NCBI GenBank assembly: GCA_002269645.1 | Contig: NIVC01000012.1 | Coordinates: 310,001-374,000, forward strand | Direction: 5' to 3' | DNA length: 64,000 nt | From: Macrostomum lignano | Lineage: Eukaryota | Shown: piece by piece, positions 13,032 to 23,998 of the stretch | Position numbering within the stretch: the first letter of the stretch is position 1 | Layout of the letters: every line of letters begins with the position of its first letter | Translations under genes and position numbers: made by a program | The notes under the pieces: model-generated | The model's database searches: none | Told to the model about the DNA's origin: nothing | The model's input: only the letters and a program-made list of their open reading frames with translations

Positions 13032-16000
13032 GCGCAAAATACATAGACATCACAAATTGCTATGCAAAGCTTGCAAGATTTTGGGTGTATCTATTGATTT
13101 TCAGATGAGCCGCAGAAACGGCCGAATCACTTTTGGCAGCAGTTCGGACACTAGCACGCTTAATCCGTCAGTAATCCGATCGCACTCCATGCTACACCTG
13201 GCCGAGCTGTTTATTCAAGACTTTCCAGAAGTTGGAATCACCCATCAAGGCCGACTTTCCCGCGATGACCTACGCGAAGTGGAAGCCATAGTGCAAGAGA
13301 ATTTCTGGAACAATGCTGGATTTTCTGCTATTGGCGGGCACACGTTCACTTGGGAGAATCAGCGCTCTAGTGCTCGAATTCAGGTAGGCGCGAGCATTTA
13401 GCGAGCTGAAGCTGAGGTTTTCAATCATATAGACCTAACCTAATTAGAGGGTTGTAGCCTAGTGGTCAGAGCGTCGGACTCACGACTTAAAAGTTGAGGG
13501 TTCGATTCCCGATCCCACTGGAACAATTAGTGTCCTTGAGCAAGACACTTAACTCTGCACTGCTTCAGTTCACCCAGCTGTAAAATGGGTGCCAGCATTA
13601 GCTGGGGTAATTGAGGGTGTGTGGCGACCCCCCAGTCCTTGGACTGAACAGCCGTACGCAGCCTTCAGATGCGACGCTTAATAGCTGCGGCTGAGTTGTC
13701 GATTGCACATCTGGCCCAATTGGGGCAGGCTTAATCAATTATTATTAGATAAAAAACTATGAAAAACCACATCTACGCTCGTAGATGCATACTATTAAAT
13801 TGCATGTAATCAAGCTTTTGAAAGATGCCTTTTCTGACAAAATACTCGTAATAACATTGAAATGACTTTTTCCAACTGATTCCGATTTCCAATTTTAGGA
13901 AAACACTGTTCAAGCTGTAGTCGTGTTTGACGAATCAAGCACCTACGTTCTGTACAATTATTTGGCAATGAATTTCATCGAAGCAAGGGGATACAAGCTT
14001 CTGGTGAGTTGACGTGTTTTCTAGCTTGTTATTCGTAGTTATGTTAGTTATTTCAAACAAGTTATGTCAGTTATGCTAGTGATGGGAATAAAGCTACATG
14101 ATTTTAAAATTAAAAATGCTCATTAAAAACACCCGCACAGAGTGGATTCAGCCGGGCGAACAGTTTCGACACTGTCCAACTGCCGTTCAGCGGCGACACG
14201 GCCCCCAGACTGCCGCAGGTGTCCGGCATCGGCAACCGCACTCTCGGTCGCTATGTCTACCGGATCGACATGTGGCCACCGAAACGCGGCGGCTGCCTAA
14301 CCGACGATGGCGACCGCGTGCTGTCGTCGACTGTCGTTCGCGACTCCATTCTAGGCGGGAATATTGCTATCGTGTCCGGTCGATGCCACGAGCCGGGCAC
14401 CAGCGGCACCTGCACGGTAACAATGGGCGGAGCCACCCTGGGCGAGAGTAGCACCATCGAGTGCAGCGGGTCGGCCAACTGCACCGGAGCTGGCGTTTTC
14501 CTGGCCTGCCCGATCCCGCCTGCGTTCCGCCAGGGTCAGGCAAGGCTGTCGCTGGCTATCAACACTATTCCAGGCGCATTCAGCACCAGTATTAGCTTAG
14601 GTGAGGCCGCTTTGTTTTATTTTGCTTGCTTAAATTGTTTTTTAAATACAACCTTAAAAACCTCTTCCAGTGAGCCCCGACGAAACTGTGTCGGGAAAAA
14701 TCGAACTTGCCGGAGAATTCGAGAACTGGATGAAACTGTCCTCGCAGGGCTTGCAGGCAAGTTAAAAAATTTATCAACTTATTTTGCGTTCGTTGCCAGA
14801 TCCACAGCTGCATCTAAAATGTATAATTCAAATAAATGTTTCGTACATTCAGATTACCTACGACTCAACGTTGAGGGGCATACTGACACTTCGAGTTGTC
14901 GGATATTCGGAAGCCGGTTTAACTCAAATCGACAGTACCAATGTAATTTCCAATAATTAATTCAACTACTTGTCGTGACTAATGTCTCCAACTATGCTTT
15001 GAGTAGGCAAAAATGAATATCATTAATCCTCATTGTTGCCGCAGACTCCAATGAAAACTCTACTGGAAGTAACCGCCGAGAACGACGGTCAAATGGATGT
15101 CAGCGAGCTCAGCTGCCCGTCGGAGACTCCGGAGTGCGAGACGCATCACATCGGCTTTCTAGAAATTGTCGATGGCGGATATCCGTCAAGGTTTGAGAAT
15201 TTTTTATTGGCTCTAACATAAAGATCTTTCGATAGCGAAGTAAGCTTAGCGAACTCGCGGCTGGCTTTGACGTCAGTACAGTTCCGTGAAGCACTAATCG
15301 TATATTACAGAGCAGTAATCGATGTGAAATTTTACGTTTTTCATCGGCTCTGCATCGATGAAAAAGTTTCAGTGTTGAACGGTTATATTCTCTCGACTCG
15401 TTTACTCGACAACTATCTGCTCCACACTCCAGTTTAAGTAAATTTTAATTACCAACCAACCCCTTCGCCTGCCTCCAATTTTAACCCATCACCCCATTTT
15501 AACCCACCACCCCATTTTAACCCACCACCCCATTTTAACCCAACCACCCCATTTTAACCCACCACCCCATTTTAACCCACCACCCCATTTTAACCCACCA
15601 CCCCATTTTAACCCAACCACCCCATTTAACCCAACCACCCTATTTTAACCCACCACCCCATTTTAACCCACCACCCTATTTTAACCCAACCACCCCATTT
15701 TAACCCACTACCCCATTTTCCCAAAATTCGTTGAAACCCACGACCCAGTTTCTCGAAACCCCAACCTACGGGATGGGTTCTTTTCACAAACTGTAATAGT
15801 TATTTCTCAATCAAAGTTGTCTTTGGAATAGTACAACGATTACAAGTTATTCGAAATCTGGCTCAACGAACCACGATTCCAGATACCTTCGCTCGCGAAT
15901 CATGCCTCTTGGCTGGTTCGTGCACAAGTACTACACCAAAAAGCAGCAGCCAGAATGGTACCGTCAGAAGTGCAGCGCCCTATCAGCCACCGACGAAGTG

Positions 16001-19000
16001 ACTCAACAGACCCGGGAGAAACTTCAGGCCCTCACCTGTCCAGGCAATCTTCTCCAGGCCAGGGCCGAATCCAGCCGCTACCTGCGTCTCAGCTACTGTC
16101 CGGATCTGCCGCTCGGTTGCAGTTCAGCCACGCCGAGTCAGACCTGTTTCGTGTCCCGAGCGGTAGCCGAGTAAGATCTGAAGCTTTGTAAACATTTTCT
16201 CAAAGCATTTTTTACTTAATGTGCGACGTTTTTATGTTGAATAGCTTAAACTGCAAATTCGAATCGGTCGGTTCCTAAAGATGATTCATGTTCGAGGTTT
16301 ACTTTCGAGACAACATTTGTAGAGACTTTGCCACCGAAAGGTGCCAGTGGTGATTACAGCTTGTAAGCCTATTTAACAATGAATCAAAATAATGTTGAAA
16401 AAAACCTTGCAGAGCCGATCTAAGAAGCGCGCCAGCCTCGATCTGCTGCTACGACGCTACTGCGGGACACCTGATCTATCAGGACTTTATCGGGGCGCAG
16501 AGCGGCAACGACTGGAGCCAGCACGGTAGTCGGGCGATTCGCTCTCATCCGGAAGGCGTCGCACCAGGTGGCAACAATGCCCTACTTCCTGGCCGAGTGG
16601 CCTTCATGTCGCATTGGTACTGGGACGCTTTGCAGTTTTTCTACTGCTGCCGTTGGTCCAATGTCGGTGACTGTCCGTTCTACTTTATGAACGAGAGACC
16701 GACGCCGAAGGTGTCCACATTTGTCGCCGGTCGCGGCGGCGGCATTGTCGGCGATCCGCACCTGACCAGCTTCAACGGCCGGCCATATCTGTTCAACGGT
16801 ATTGGCGAATATTGGCTGCAGCGAACTGACGATAACTTCCAGGTGCAGGGACGATTTTTACGGTTGCAGCCTAACGATAATGCTACGGTGTTGGTGGCTG
16901 TGGCGGTCAGAGTTGGAACAGGTGCTACTTTTCAGGTAAGATATGCGCTTGACTGCAGATGAGACTGAAATAACACAAGTGCACGAATGTTGATCGGGAT
17001 TTTTAGGATCTCGAATGAGCTCAGTGTTCTGTTAATGTTCATTGCAGAGGCTTCCTATCGTATAGATGTAGTAATTCTTTGGGGTCGTACTATAAAGCTG
17101 TCGTAGCGTAAGTTCGATCGTACGTCGAAACTTTTACACGGCGGAGATAGGAGCTAAGAACGATCTTATCTTACGATGGCTTTATAGAACGGGCCCTTTG
17201 AGACTAATGCGTTCTTGAGCTAGTTGTAGCCTAATTGTATTATCCAGAGTGTCCGACTCACGACTTGAAGGTCGGTCAAAGGTTTGATTCCCAATCCCAC
17301 TGGAACAATTTGTGTGCTTTAGCAAGACACTTGACACTTAACCCAGCTGTAAAATGGGTGCCAGCATTAGCTGGGGTAATTGAAGGTGAGTGGCGACCCC
17401 CCCCCAGTCGTACGCAGCCTTCAGATGCACCGAGCAAAAGCTGCGGCTGAGCTGTCGGTTGCACATCGGGCCCAATTGGGCCAGGTGAAATCAATTATTA
17501 TTTATTAATATTGTGATGAGCTAGTAACGTTGGGAATTCAGGAATAAATGGAATAGAGAGTTGTAATCGTTTTGCAATTATTATTAATTGCGCTAACAGC
17601 GATCAAGAAGATCTTCATGCATAGAACGCAAATTGTACAGTTGTGAACATGACTATTGCTTTATAATCAAACTCCGCCTCGTGATTGGACAGGTTTCTGT
17701 AGTCACGGCCGCTAACGGCTCGCCCAGATTTCGGCTGTACCGCCGAGAGCCGGACACTGGCTACCAGACAGAGATTTCGCTGACTGTGGGCAGGCCCTAC
17801 ATCGAGGGCGGTGTTACAGTGCTTCTGGCCAGCTTAGACAACATAGTGGTGCAACTGTCCAGCAATGACCAGTCAATGGGTATAGATTTGTACGCGGCCG
17901 ATGGTATGGACTACATGAATGCATTCGTAGCCCTGTCAGCCAGTCTGAAGGGCCTGACCAGAGGCCTGCTCGGTCAATGGACCGACGACGTTGACAATGA
18001 ATTTGTTGACGTCAACGGGGACAAGATTGCTTTCCGACCGAATGCCACCGAGTTTCACTATCAGTTCTGTAAGAAGAATCAGTTGACTACAGTTGATGCT
18101 AGCTTGTTCGTATACGAAGGTTCTCGAACCAGTATCTTTCTAAGATATAACCGCGACTTTGTCGAACCATACGAGCGAAAAGCTGTATTTTCTGCGGACA
18201 ATATTAACCCTCACGGCGAGGAGCAGTCAACTTGTCAATCAAACGCCGACTGCATTTTCGACCTTCGAGTGATGCAGAACACCAATATTGCTAGACAGAC
18301 AAGAGAGAAAAGCGAAGAATTTGGATCAATGCAGGCTTCGGCAAATGAGACAGGTCGGTTTACATTGTGCTTCAAGGCTACTCGAAACAACCAAGGACTT
18401 TAAAATGATTTATATAGTAGTTAAACAGTTTTACCTGCCACGACAACTTACCGCATCTAGTTTGAATTTACCTGTATTAAGTCAAGCCTAAGGGCACTAA
18501 AATCCTAATTTCTAACTCGCCTCTCAATCCTCCACGCAAGCTTAAAACCACCACCCCAATTTAACCCACCCGCCCCATTTTAACCCAACCGCGCCATTTT
18601 AACCCACCGCTCCATTCTAACCAACCACCCCAATTTAACCAACCACCCCAATTTAACCCACCGCCCCATTTTAACCCACCACTTCAATTTAACCAACCAC
18701 CCCAATTTAACCCACCACCCATTCTAACCCACCACCCCAATTTAACCCACCGCCCCATTTTAACACACAACCCCAATTTAACCCACCACCAATTCTAACC
18801 CACCACCCCATTTTAACCCACCACCCCAATTTAACCCACCACCCATTCTAACCCACCACCCCAATTTAACCCACCACCAATTCTAACCCACCACCCCATT
18901 TTAACCCACCACCCCAATTTAACCAACCACCCATTTGAACCCACCACCCCAATTTAACCCACCACTCTATTTTAACCATCGCATCGCATTGTCTTGAAAT

Positions 19001-20981
19001 TAGTTGTAGGGCGCTACTGCGACAAGCCGGCAGTCCGCGGCCTGACCCTCCCAGCCGATATTGCTCTGACCGAGGGCGCCCGCGTTCAGCTGAGCTGCGC
19101 ACCCACTCTGCACGCCACGCGCGCTCAAGAGACTGTAGAGTGCACGAGGCAGACCGACGGCACCCTGCGCTGGCAGCCCGACCCCAGCGAGCTTGGCTTC
19201 GACTGTCAGAGTGAGTGCTGGCACAGATGGATTGCAACGACAGTTGTTGCTAGTATGTATGGAGCTAGAAGTTGATTAGACTAGTTCTACTGGTGCTGGA
19301 GCCTCTGGTGCTAAAGCCCCTGGTGCTAAAGCCCCTGGTGCTAAAGACCCTGGTGCTAAAGCCCCTGGTGCTAAAGCCCCTGGTGCTAAAGCCCCTGGTG
19401 CTAAAGCCCCTGGTGCTAAAACCCCTGCTGGTAAAGCTCCTGGTGCTAAAGCCCCTGGTGCTAAAGGATCACTTAGTTCTAGCCAAACATGTCAAAGTCT
19501 TGATCTGAGAATGCCGCCCTAACAATATTACAACGAAAAAGCCATTACCTCATCATAACTACAGTCGGCTCTGGACCGGAGCCTGCAAACCAGGCTAATG
19601 TTGGTCTCATTGTTGGCATTACCGTACCACTGGCTCTGCTCCTCATCATTGGAGTCATTGTGATCATCTTCCTTGTAATGCGCAGAAAGTCAACTGGGTA
19701 AGATTGCAGTGCAGCTTGTACTTTATGTATAGATTGAAGTTTAGTATAAAAACGGACTATTTAACCTTTTCAACTTGAAGCTATTTCAGTTGGATCCAAC
19801 TACACATTACGGGCGTATTCTCGACATTATCAGATACAAACATCAAACGAGCGTTCTAACTCGAAAAATACCGTTTTGACCTCTTATTACGAGCGTAATT
19901 TTAAACTGCAGTGTGAACTACTCGTGGGAACATCCTTATTCATATCCATTCCGTTACATCCATTTAAAACAAAAATTTAGCTAGGAACCCGAGAACAGTA
20001 GTAAATATTGTCGAATATTTGAACGCGCGTCACGTTTTACACCGACTTTCTTTAGAAGTTTAGTAAGCACCATTTTAACCTAAGCTGTCTTGTCTATCTA
20101 CATGTAGAATTTTCTTATCAAGCTTATTCTTAAATCGCCTACCCAAAGCTGCATGGCTAGCTAGCATACTGCAGTCCATATTTGCTCAAACTCGAAGGCG
20201 ATAAGATACGAGATTGCGCGACTTGATTTAATATTTGTTAATCCAGTGCATTCTTGAAACAGTAGTAATAGTAGTATCTAAGGTAAAACTATTTAGCCAA
20301 AACATCAAGGTTTTGAACATATTGAAAAGCGTATAAACTTAAAATAATGGGTTGGTGGATTATTTGGAGTTTTGAGATACTGGGGTCGTGGGTTTCAACA
20401 AGTTTAGGTAAAATGGCGCGTTGGGTTAGAATGTGAATGTTAAGAAAATGGGGTGTTGGGTTAAAATGGGGTGGTGGGTTACAATGGGTGGGGGCTAAAA
20501 TGGAGTGGTGGGTTAAAATGGGGTGGGGGTTAAAATGGGGTGGGTGGTTAAAATGGGGTGGGGGTTAAAATGGGGTGGTGGGTTAAAATGGTGTGGGGGT
20601 TAAAATGGGGTGGGAGTTAAAATTGGGTGGGTGGTTAAAATGGGGTATTGGGTTAAAAGGAGTGCATGGTTTGTTTAAAATAGGGTGGTGAGATAGAATG
20701 AGGTAGTGAGTTAAAACTGGAGGCAGGCAAAGGGGCAATTTAAATATAAATTAACTGAAATAGTGAGATGGTTGTACAATCGCCTGCATTAAACTTGACA
20801 AAATCCATCCTCAGACAAACTGGCGGAGGAAAGGGCAAGCCCAATTCGTCCCGTCAGCCTCAGAGCATCGGGGCAAGTCGCACCACCATAGTGTCGGAGG
20901 GCAGCACCGGCGGTGGCATCGATAATCAGGGACAATCGAACCGGAGGGTCGACGGCTCAACTGGTCGGCAGTACGAGACAA

Positions 20982-21026
<45 letters not shown>

Positions 21027-22068
21027 TGGATCAAGCCGATGATCCAAGGAGTGAGTTACTTAGATTATTTTCCAAGGGTCGTTTTTAAAAGCTCAAAACT
21101 TCACGATAGCGTGTGCATGCCTGCGTACAGTATCCGCCCGTTGAAAACGTAACAATGACAAGAATCGATATAGTAATTGCAAACAACTCACTATAGTGAG
21201 ACTCTGGAGCGATTCTTGTGACTTTTTAACGACTCAAACGACTGTAATGTGACGGAGATCTGGAAGACAATAAAATGCCTTAAATTGACTTTAAGGCGAT
21301 TCTCTGATGGCTTTTGGCGATTTTTAACCGTCAAATGTCGTCGTTTTAGAGTAGTCTGAGTTAAATTGTCGCCTGCAACGATTTTGATACGACTATGGGG
21401 CGCTTGTTGGTCAAGGTACAGTTTTCATCGGGCGGGCGCATGTATAATGTGCTCAGTTAGGCAGGGGCGTCGCCATGGATTTTATCGTGGGGGGGGACAA
21501 TTCTAGGAATTCAACATGTACATGTACATGACTAAATTCCTACATGTCCATTATTTTGAGAATCGGTGTTGTCAGCGCTCAGTTTGGCTCTTCAGGCTGT
21601 CAATTTAGCGCCGCAGGCATTCATTTTAGCGCCGCAGGCACTCATTTTAGCGCCGCAGGCACTCATTTTAGCGCCGCAGGCACTCATTTTAGCGCCGCAG
21701 ACACTCATTTTATCGCCCCAGGCATTCATTTTAGCGCCGCAGGCATTCATTTTAGCGCCGCAGGCACTCATTTTAGCGCCGCAGGCACTCATTTTAGCGC
21801 CGCAGGCACTCATTTTAGCGCCGCAGGCACTCATTTTAGCGCCGCAGGCACTCATTTTAGCGCCGCAGGCACTCATTTTAGCGGATCAAAAAATTGCCAG
21901 ATCACAAACTTGAAATTCGCTCACTCGGAGGCAAAATTTGTTCTCAAATTTTCGACAGGAAGCTACGATTCAGACCAGATGATGCCGATGGAGCCAGCCG
22001 GACCGTTCAATCCCGAATACGCCAGCATTGGAAACCAAAAAGGTCAATCCAGGTCGGAGGTGGTGTGA
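12042..22068 (+). CDS. Mesh/SUSD2-like type I membrane protein (signal peptide-NIDO-IPT/TIG-AMOP-VWD-Sushi-TM-tail), 1171 aa; exons 12042-12105, 12383-12510, 13105-13383, 13899-14003, 14141-14600, 14671-14756, 14853-14942, 15045-15190, 15883-16170, 16413-16935, 17693-18353, 19004-19210, 19565-19697, 20815-21050, 21959-22068
   Basis: Signal peptide MPQPGIGLVVAVLLFALVANC. NIDO motifs NGRITF, FTWEN, NTVQAVVVFDESSTYVLYNY, GRYVYRID. IPT-like GGNIAIVSGRC. AMOP CPGNLLQARAES...CCYD...SHWYWD..CC. VWD GDPHLTSFNG...FNGIGEY. Sushi C..P...C...C...W. TM VGLIVGITVPLALLLIIGVIVIIFLVM. All 14 introns are phase-consistent (total 3516 nt); AATAAA at 22231. Confidence 0.88.
12799..13032. repeat. Four ~40-bp units containing the CGATACATATCG dyad, followed by a (GACA)n microsatellite
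   Basis: Units AGTTTTGTATTTTTCGATACATATCGGCTTTATT..., then GACACTAAG(ACAG)n; lies in intron 2 of the Mesh-like gene. Confidence 0.8.
13447..13747 (+). mobile_element. tRNA-derived SINE with CORE-like domain, copy 1
   Basis: A box TAGCCTAGTGG and B box GGTTCGATTCC. 13529-13589 aligns without gaps to the MIR CORE sequence as I recall it (45/61 identities, incl. CCTTG.GCAAG..ACTTAAC and CTGTAAAATGGG). (ATT)n tail; second copy at 17217. Confidence 0.82.
15440..15780. repeat. Dispersed element with internal 18-19-bp C-rich minisatellite (ACCACCCCATTTTAACCC)n, forward orientation
   Basis: Both flanks (CCCCTTCGCCTGCCTCCAATTTT; GTTGAAACCCACGACCC) recur inverted around the 20350-20745 array. Confidence 0.88.
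17081..17196. mobile_element. 116-bp MITE-like element with 27-bp imperfect TIRs (PIF/Harbinger-like ends)
   Basis: GGGGTCGTACTATAAAGCTGTCGTA ... TACGATGGCTTTATAGAACGGGCCC, with TTT on both sides (possible 3-bp TSD). Confidence 0.55.
17217..17505 (+). mobile_element. tRNA-derived CORE-like SINE, copy 2 (diverged, internal deletions)
   Basis: Colinear with copy 1. Shares AACCCAGCTGTAAAATGGGTGCCAGCATTAGCTGGGGTAATTGA, CGTACGCAGCCTTCAGATGC, GCCCAATTGGG and the ATT tail. Confidence 0.8.
18545..18975. repeat. C-rich 18-19-bp minisatellite (ACCACCCCAATTTAACCC)n, same family as 15440
   Basis: Tandem units read directly; lies in intron 11 of the Mesh-like gene. Confidence 0.9.
19288..19466. repeat. 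15-bp minisatellite (CTGGTGCTAAAGCCC)n, ~12 copies
   Basis: Tandem units read directly; lies in intron 12. Confidence 0.92.
20350..20745. repeat. Inverted copy of the 15440 element, (GGGTTAAAATGGGGTGGT)n
   Basis: Reverse-complement units plus reverse-complement flanks (GGGTCGTGGGTTTCAAC; GGAGGCAGGCAAAGGGG); lies in intron 13. Confidence 0.88.
20984..21025 (+). repeat. Exonic pure (CAG)14 encoding poly-Gln in the cytoplasmic tail
   Basis: 42 nt of uninterrupted CAG inside exon 20815-21050. Confidence 0.92.
21600..21882. repeat. 21-bp minisatellite (CATTTTAGCGCCGCAGGCACT)n, ~13 copies
   Basis: Tandem units in the last intron; a one-to-two-unit relic occurs at ~46390-46420. Confidence 0.93.
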
Positions 22069-22230
22069 TCGACAAGCAGTGGGCAGTGATACATGAGAAC
22101 GCCAATGGCTATATGCACTTTTACGTTGTCGTAAACAAAAAATTGCACAAAGTTTTTTTTCCAAAATACGCTCGTAAAAGTTTCCTAGTATATGAATTTG
22201 TTTTACATCTATGAAAATCATTCATCAATC

Positions 22231-22236
22231 AATAAA
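22231..22236 (+). terminator. Candidate polyadenylation signal of the Mesh-like gene
   Basis: AATAAA ~160 nt after the stop codon, followed by TGTTGCTGTT. Confidence 0.5.
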
Positions 22237-22847
22237 TGTTGCTGTTCTAAAACAAAATACAGTTTCTACAAAATTAATTGTATCTTCATTACATCATCAG
22301 CCCCGCTTAATGTGAAACAAATCTAAAATTTTAACTAATCGCGAATTTCAGCAATGATAAAGTACTTGCAGACCTTAGAATTGAAATTTTGATTTTGAAA
22401 AATAATTAAGCATCACAAATATTATCCGCAAAAATGATATACTGTTTCCTTTATGTTTTTGTTTTTACTTTTTTTCTGCTTCAATTCAAATTTGTAGAAA
22501 CGCATATACGTATCGTATATTTAAAATAGATGGGTTGAATCAAGTAAATTATATTAACATAATAATGCTAACACTGGATTAATTAAATGATCGAAAAGAT
22601 ACATAAATTTTATCATGAATATTGATATATGAATAACATATTATCAATTAAAAATCAAAATTGAAGGCCAAATCAGTTAGACAGCATGAAAAACGGAATT
22701 TCGGAAAAGCAATTTTCAACAAAATTGTAAAATTTTGAGAAATTTAAAAATAATTGCACACAGCCTACTCAGTATGTAAGATAAGCGATTGATTGCGGGT
22801 TTATCTACTTTCAATTGGCTTCAGTTACCAGGGTAAGCTAGGTTAGG

Positions 22848-23040
22848 CTCTGGGGCAGGAGGGAATGGGGTGGTGGACTCTGGGGCAGAAGGGAATGGGG
22901 TGGTGGGCTCTGGGGCAGGAGGGAATGGGGTGGTGGACTCTGGGGCAGAAGGGAATGGGGTGGTGGGCTCTGGGGCAGGAGGGAATGGGGTGGTGGACTC
23001 TGGGGCAGAAGGGAATGGGGTGGTGGGGGGCTCTCTGGGG
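22848..23040. repeat. 30-bp G-rich minisatellite with alternating A/B variants (60-bp higher order)
   Basis: CTCTGGGGCAG(G/A)AGGGAATGGGGTGGTGG(A/G), ~6 units. Confidence 0.9.
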
Positions 23041-23569
23041 CAGGAAATGGAAGAAGGGAATCAGGAAGGAATCATAAACAGTAACCGCAAAAACAAGGTT
23101 GTAGCTATAGCAAGATAAAATATTGCACCATGTTGTTGATTAATGAAAAATCAGAAAAATTACAAAATATTAGCAAGAAATCAATTAAAACTCACGGATA
23201 AAATATTATAGACTAATTATCGCTTGTTGTAAATAGATCAAAATACAAAACAAAGCAGTTTGACCACAAACGATTGGTTTGCAATGTAGCAGAAAAATCG
23301 ATAGGCAAAATCGGCATTACCAATCCTGTAATGCCAAACCAAAGCAATTTAGTAAATAAACAAGAGCAAGTAATTTTTGCGAGACCAAAATTCAGTTAAT
23401 TTAAGATACGGTCGCAGAAAGGAGCTAATTTTTTAGAAGACAGACTTAACTCGTTTGTTAATTCGTTCAGCAGTTACCAGAAAATATTAATCAAAATCTT
23501 GGTTGCTAAGGACGCCTAATCTAGAAACAGACAATGTATATGTTACTTAGAGGGAAAATAACTAAGTGG

Positions 23570-23960
23570 TTGCTAGGAACATCTGGTTTCTAGGTACGCT
23601 AGGTGTTCTAGTCACTAAAGACGCTATCATTATTAGGAGTTTGCAAGGGACTCTCGAAAGAACATTGGTTGCTAGGGACTCTCGAAAGAGAATTGGTTGC
23701 TAGGCACTCTAGAAAAAACACTGGTTGCTAGGGACTCTCGAAAGAGCATTTGTTGCTAGGGACTCTCGAAAGACCATTGGTTGCTAGGAACTCTTAAAAG
23801 AGCACTGGTTACTAAGGCCTCTCGAAAGAGCACTGGTTGCTAAGGACTCTCAAAAGAGCATCGGTTGCTAGGGCCTCTCGAAAGAGCATCGGTTACTAGG
23901 GACTCTCGAAAGAGCATCGGTTGCTAAGGACTCTCGAAAGAGCATTGGTTGCTAAGGTTT
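23570..23960. repeat. 28-bp minisatellite (CTCGAAAGAGCATTGGTTGCTAGGGACT)n
   Basis: About 13 degenerate units immediately 3' of the stop at 23999. Confidence 0.88.
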
Positions 23961-23998
23961 CTTAAATAAAAAACGAAAACTTCTGCTTGCAATCAGAA

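Noticed and set aside
13447-13520. Functional tRNA gene
   Set aside because: The anticodon stem (TCGGA/CTTAA) does not pair, there is no acceptor stem or terminator, and it continues into a SINE body present twice.
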